From a virus (Duplodnaviria; Caudoviricetes): 24,757 nucleotides of DNA. The notes beneath the pieces are model-generated. The model worked only from the letters and a program-made list of their open reading frames with translations. It was not told where the DNA came from and ran no database searches. Location of the stretch: positions 1 through 24,757 of IMG/VR virus record IMGVR_UViG_3300037479_000376; one strand, 5' to 3'. Position numbers and translations under genes: made by a program. Shown here one piece after another: positions 23,785 through 24,757 of the stretch; position 1 is the stretch's first letter; every line of letters begins with the position of its first letter.

Positions 23785-24296
23785 CCGGCGAGCATCTCCA
23801 GGTCGAGTTCGCGGCGGATTTCGTCGACGGCGAGCTTGGCGATCTCGGGCGCGGCGCGCTCGGCGATCTTCCGCCCGACGAGGCCGCGGGTCGCGATCGC
23901 GCGCGCGACGACGAACGCGACCGACCGCGCCTCGGATTCGGACACGCCGAGCCGGCGCCTGACCCAGCGCGCGATCGCGTCGGGCGGCGGCATCGCCGCG
24001 CCGGCCCGCCGGCCGCGCTCGACGATCGGGGCGTGCGGGGCGTCGTTGTAGAGGCGCGCGCCGTCCTGCGTGGCTTCCGCTTTCCACGCGCGGAGGAAGG
24101 CGCCGGTGTCCACGGCGCCGCCCGAACCGACCCCGGCGGGGTTCGCCGCCGGCGCCTCGCGGGTCAGCCGCTCGACGACGACGCGCCCGCGCATCGCCGC
24201 CGACAGCGCGCCGCGCATCGCCGCCGGCAGGAACCGCTCGGCGATCCGCTGCCGGTACGCTACGTATCTGCCGAGCGTCATGCGGATGACGGCCAT
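23781..24296 (-). CDS. HK97 gp10-like neck/tail-completion protein (~171 aa)
   Basis: Real start is probably the ATG at 24296 (MAVIRMTLG). The motifs VDTGAFLRAW and NDAPHAPIVERGRR resemble the HK97 gp10 family pattern (DTG.L..S / N...YA..VE.G). Confidence 0.7.
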   Translation of the reverse strand: MAVIRMTLGRYVAYRQRIAERFLPAAMRGALSAAMRGRVVVERLTREAPAANPAGVGSGGAVDTGAFLRAWKAEATQDGARLYNDAPHAPIVERGRRAGAAMPPPDAIARWVRRRLGVSESEARSVAFVVARAIATRGLVGRKIAERAAPEIAKLAVDEIRRELDLEMLAG

Positions 24297-24757
24297 CAAC
24301 GAAGCTCCCCGGTCCGCGAGCGCGCGTCGGACGCCCTCGCGAGGGTCATCACCCACTGGAACCTGTCGGCCTGGTAGTAGGGAGCCGACCGCGTCGAGAA
24401 CCGCCGGCGTTCGCCGGGGCCTCCGCCGGGCAGCAGAAACTCGACCTCGTAGAACACCTGCTCGTCCGGGCCCGGGCGCTCCCCGGCGTCCGACCACCCG
24501 AGCAGCTGGTCCTCGGTGTAGGCGCCCGACACCTCCGAGAGCGTGATCTGCCCGACCTCGTCGAGCGCCGCCGGCGTGACCGTCAGCCCGAGCCCCGTCA
24601 GGTCCGAGATGAGCGGCGTCGGCAGGATGGCCGTGTCCGACACCACGACCTCCTGCCCCACGCCGCGGCGCCCGCCCGACCAGCGGGTGCGCACGACGTG
24701 GACCATGTAGGGCCGCAGCCCGAACTGGACGCGCAGGTCGCGCAGCTCGTCGGCGAC
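24296..24757 (-). CDS. Putative head-closure/neck protein, 5'-truncated by window edge
   Basis: Frame is open to the window end (VADELRDLRVQFGLRPYMVHVVRTRW...). Its TGA overlaps the next ATG (TGATG). Sits just upstream of the HK97 gp10-like and terminator-like genes. Product inferred from synteny only. Confidence 0.55.
   Translation of the reverse strand, partial: VADELRDLRVQFGLRPYMVHVVRTRWSGGRRGVGQEVVVSDTAILPTPLISDLTGLGLTVTPAALDEVGQITLSEVSGAYTEDQLLGWSDAGERPGPDEQVFYEVEFLLPGGGPGERRRFSTRSAPYYQADRFQWVMTLARASDARSRTGELR

Larger units (their letters stand above)
1..24757 (-). mobile_element. Myovirus-type phage/prophage morphogenesis and lysis region
   Basis: Complete contractile-tail gene order with neck genes and tape measure, all co-oriented and tightly coupled. 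Confidence 0.95.

Noticed and set aside
73-24546. Many long plus-strand ORFs (e.g. 11948-14218, 15860-17428, 8630-10069)
   Set aside because: Antisense shadows of high-GC3 genes, with Arg/Ser/Ala-biased translations, no motifs, and full overlap with convincing minus-strand genes.
1-24757. Extracellular contractile injection system, tailocin or T6SS
   Set aside because: HK97 gp10-like and head-closure-like genes, G/GT chaperones and an HNH point to a headed phage. No Afp15-like ATPase or Tss membrane genes are seen.
1-24757. CRISPR array, tRNA or rRNA
   Set aside because: No regularly spaced repeats. The single long intergenic gap lacks cloverleaf and T-loop features.

Overview
The window is a single minus-strand, high-GC (about 73% by spot counts) late-gene operon of a contractile-tailed (myovirus-type) phage or prophage. 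In transcription order it holds neck and tail-terminator genes, a free-standing HNH endonuclease, tail sheath, an unexpected 645-aa fibre-like gene plus a 63-aa ORF, and a promoter with a structured leader. These are followed by tail tube, G/GT-type chaperones with a -1 frameshift, a short tape measure, LysM tube initiator, hub, spike, wedge and baseplate genes, tail fibre with chaperone, accessory virion genes, and a membrane-rich lysis-like cassette running off the left edge. Nearly all plus-strand and Arg-rich alternate-frame ORFs are shadows. Product calls rest on gene order and motifs recognised by eye, with no database search. No new system is proven. The best candidates are the sheath/fibre/structured-leader/tube arrangement, the atypical holin-spanin cassette, the HNH overlapping the sheath start, and a run of in-frame genes separated by single stop codons.
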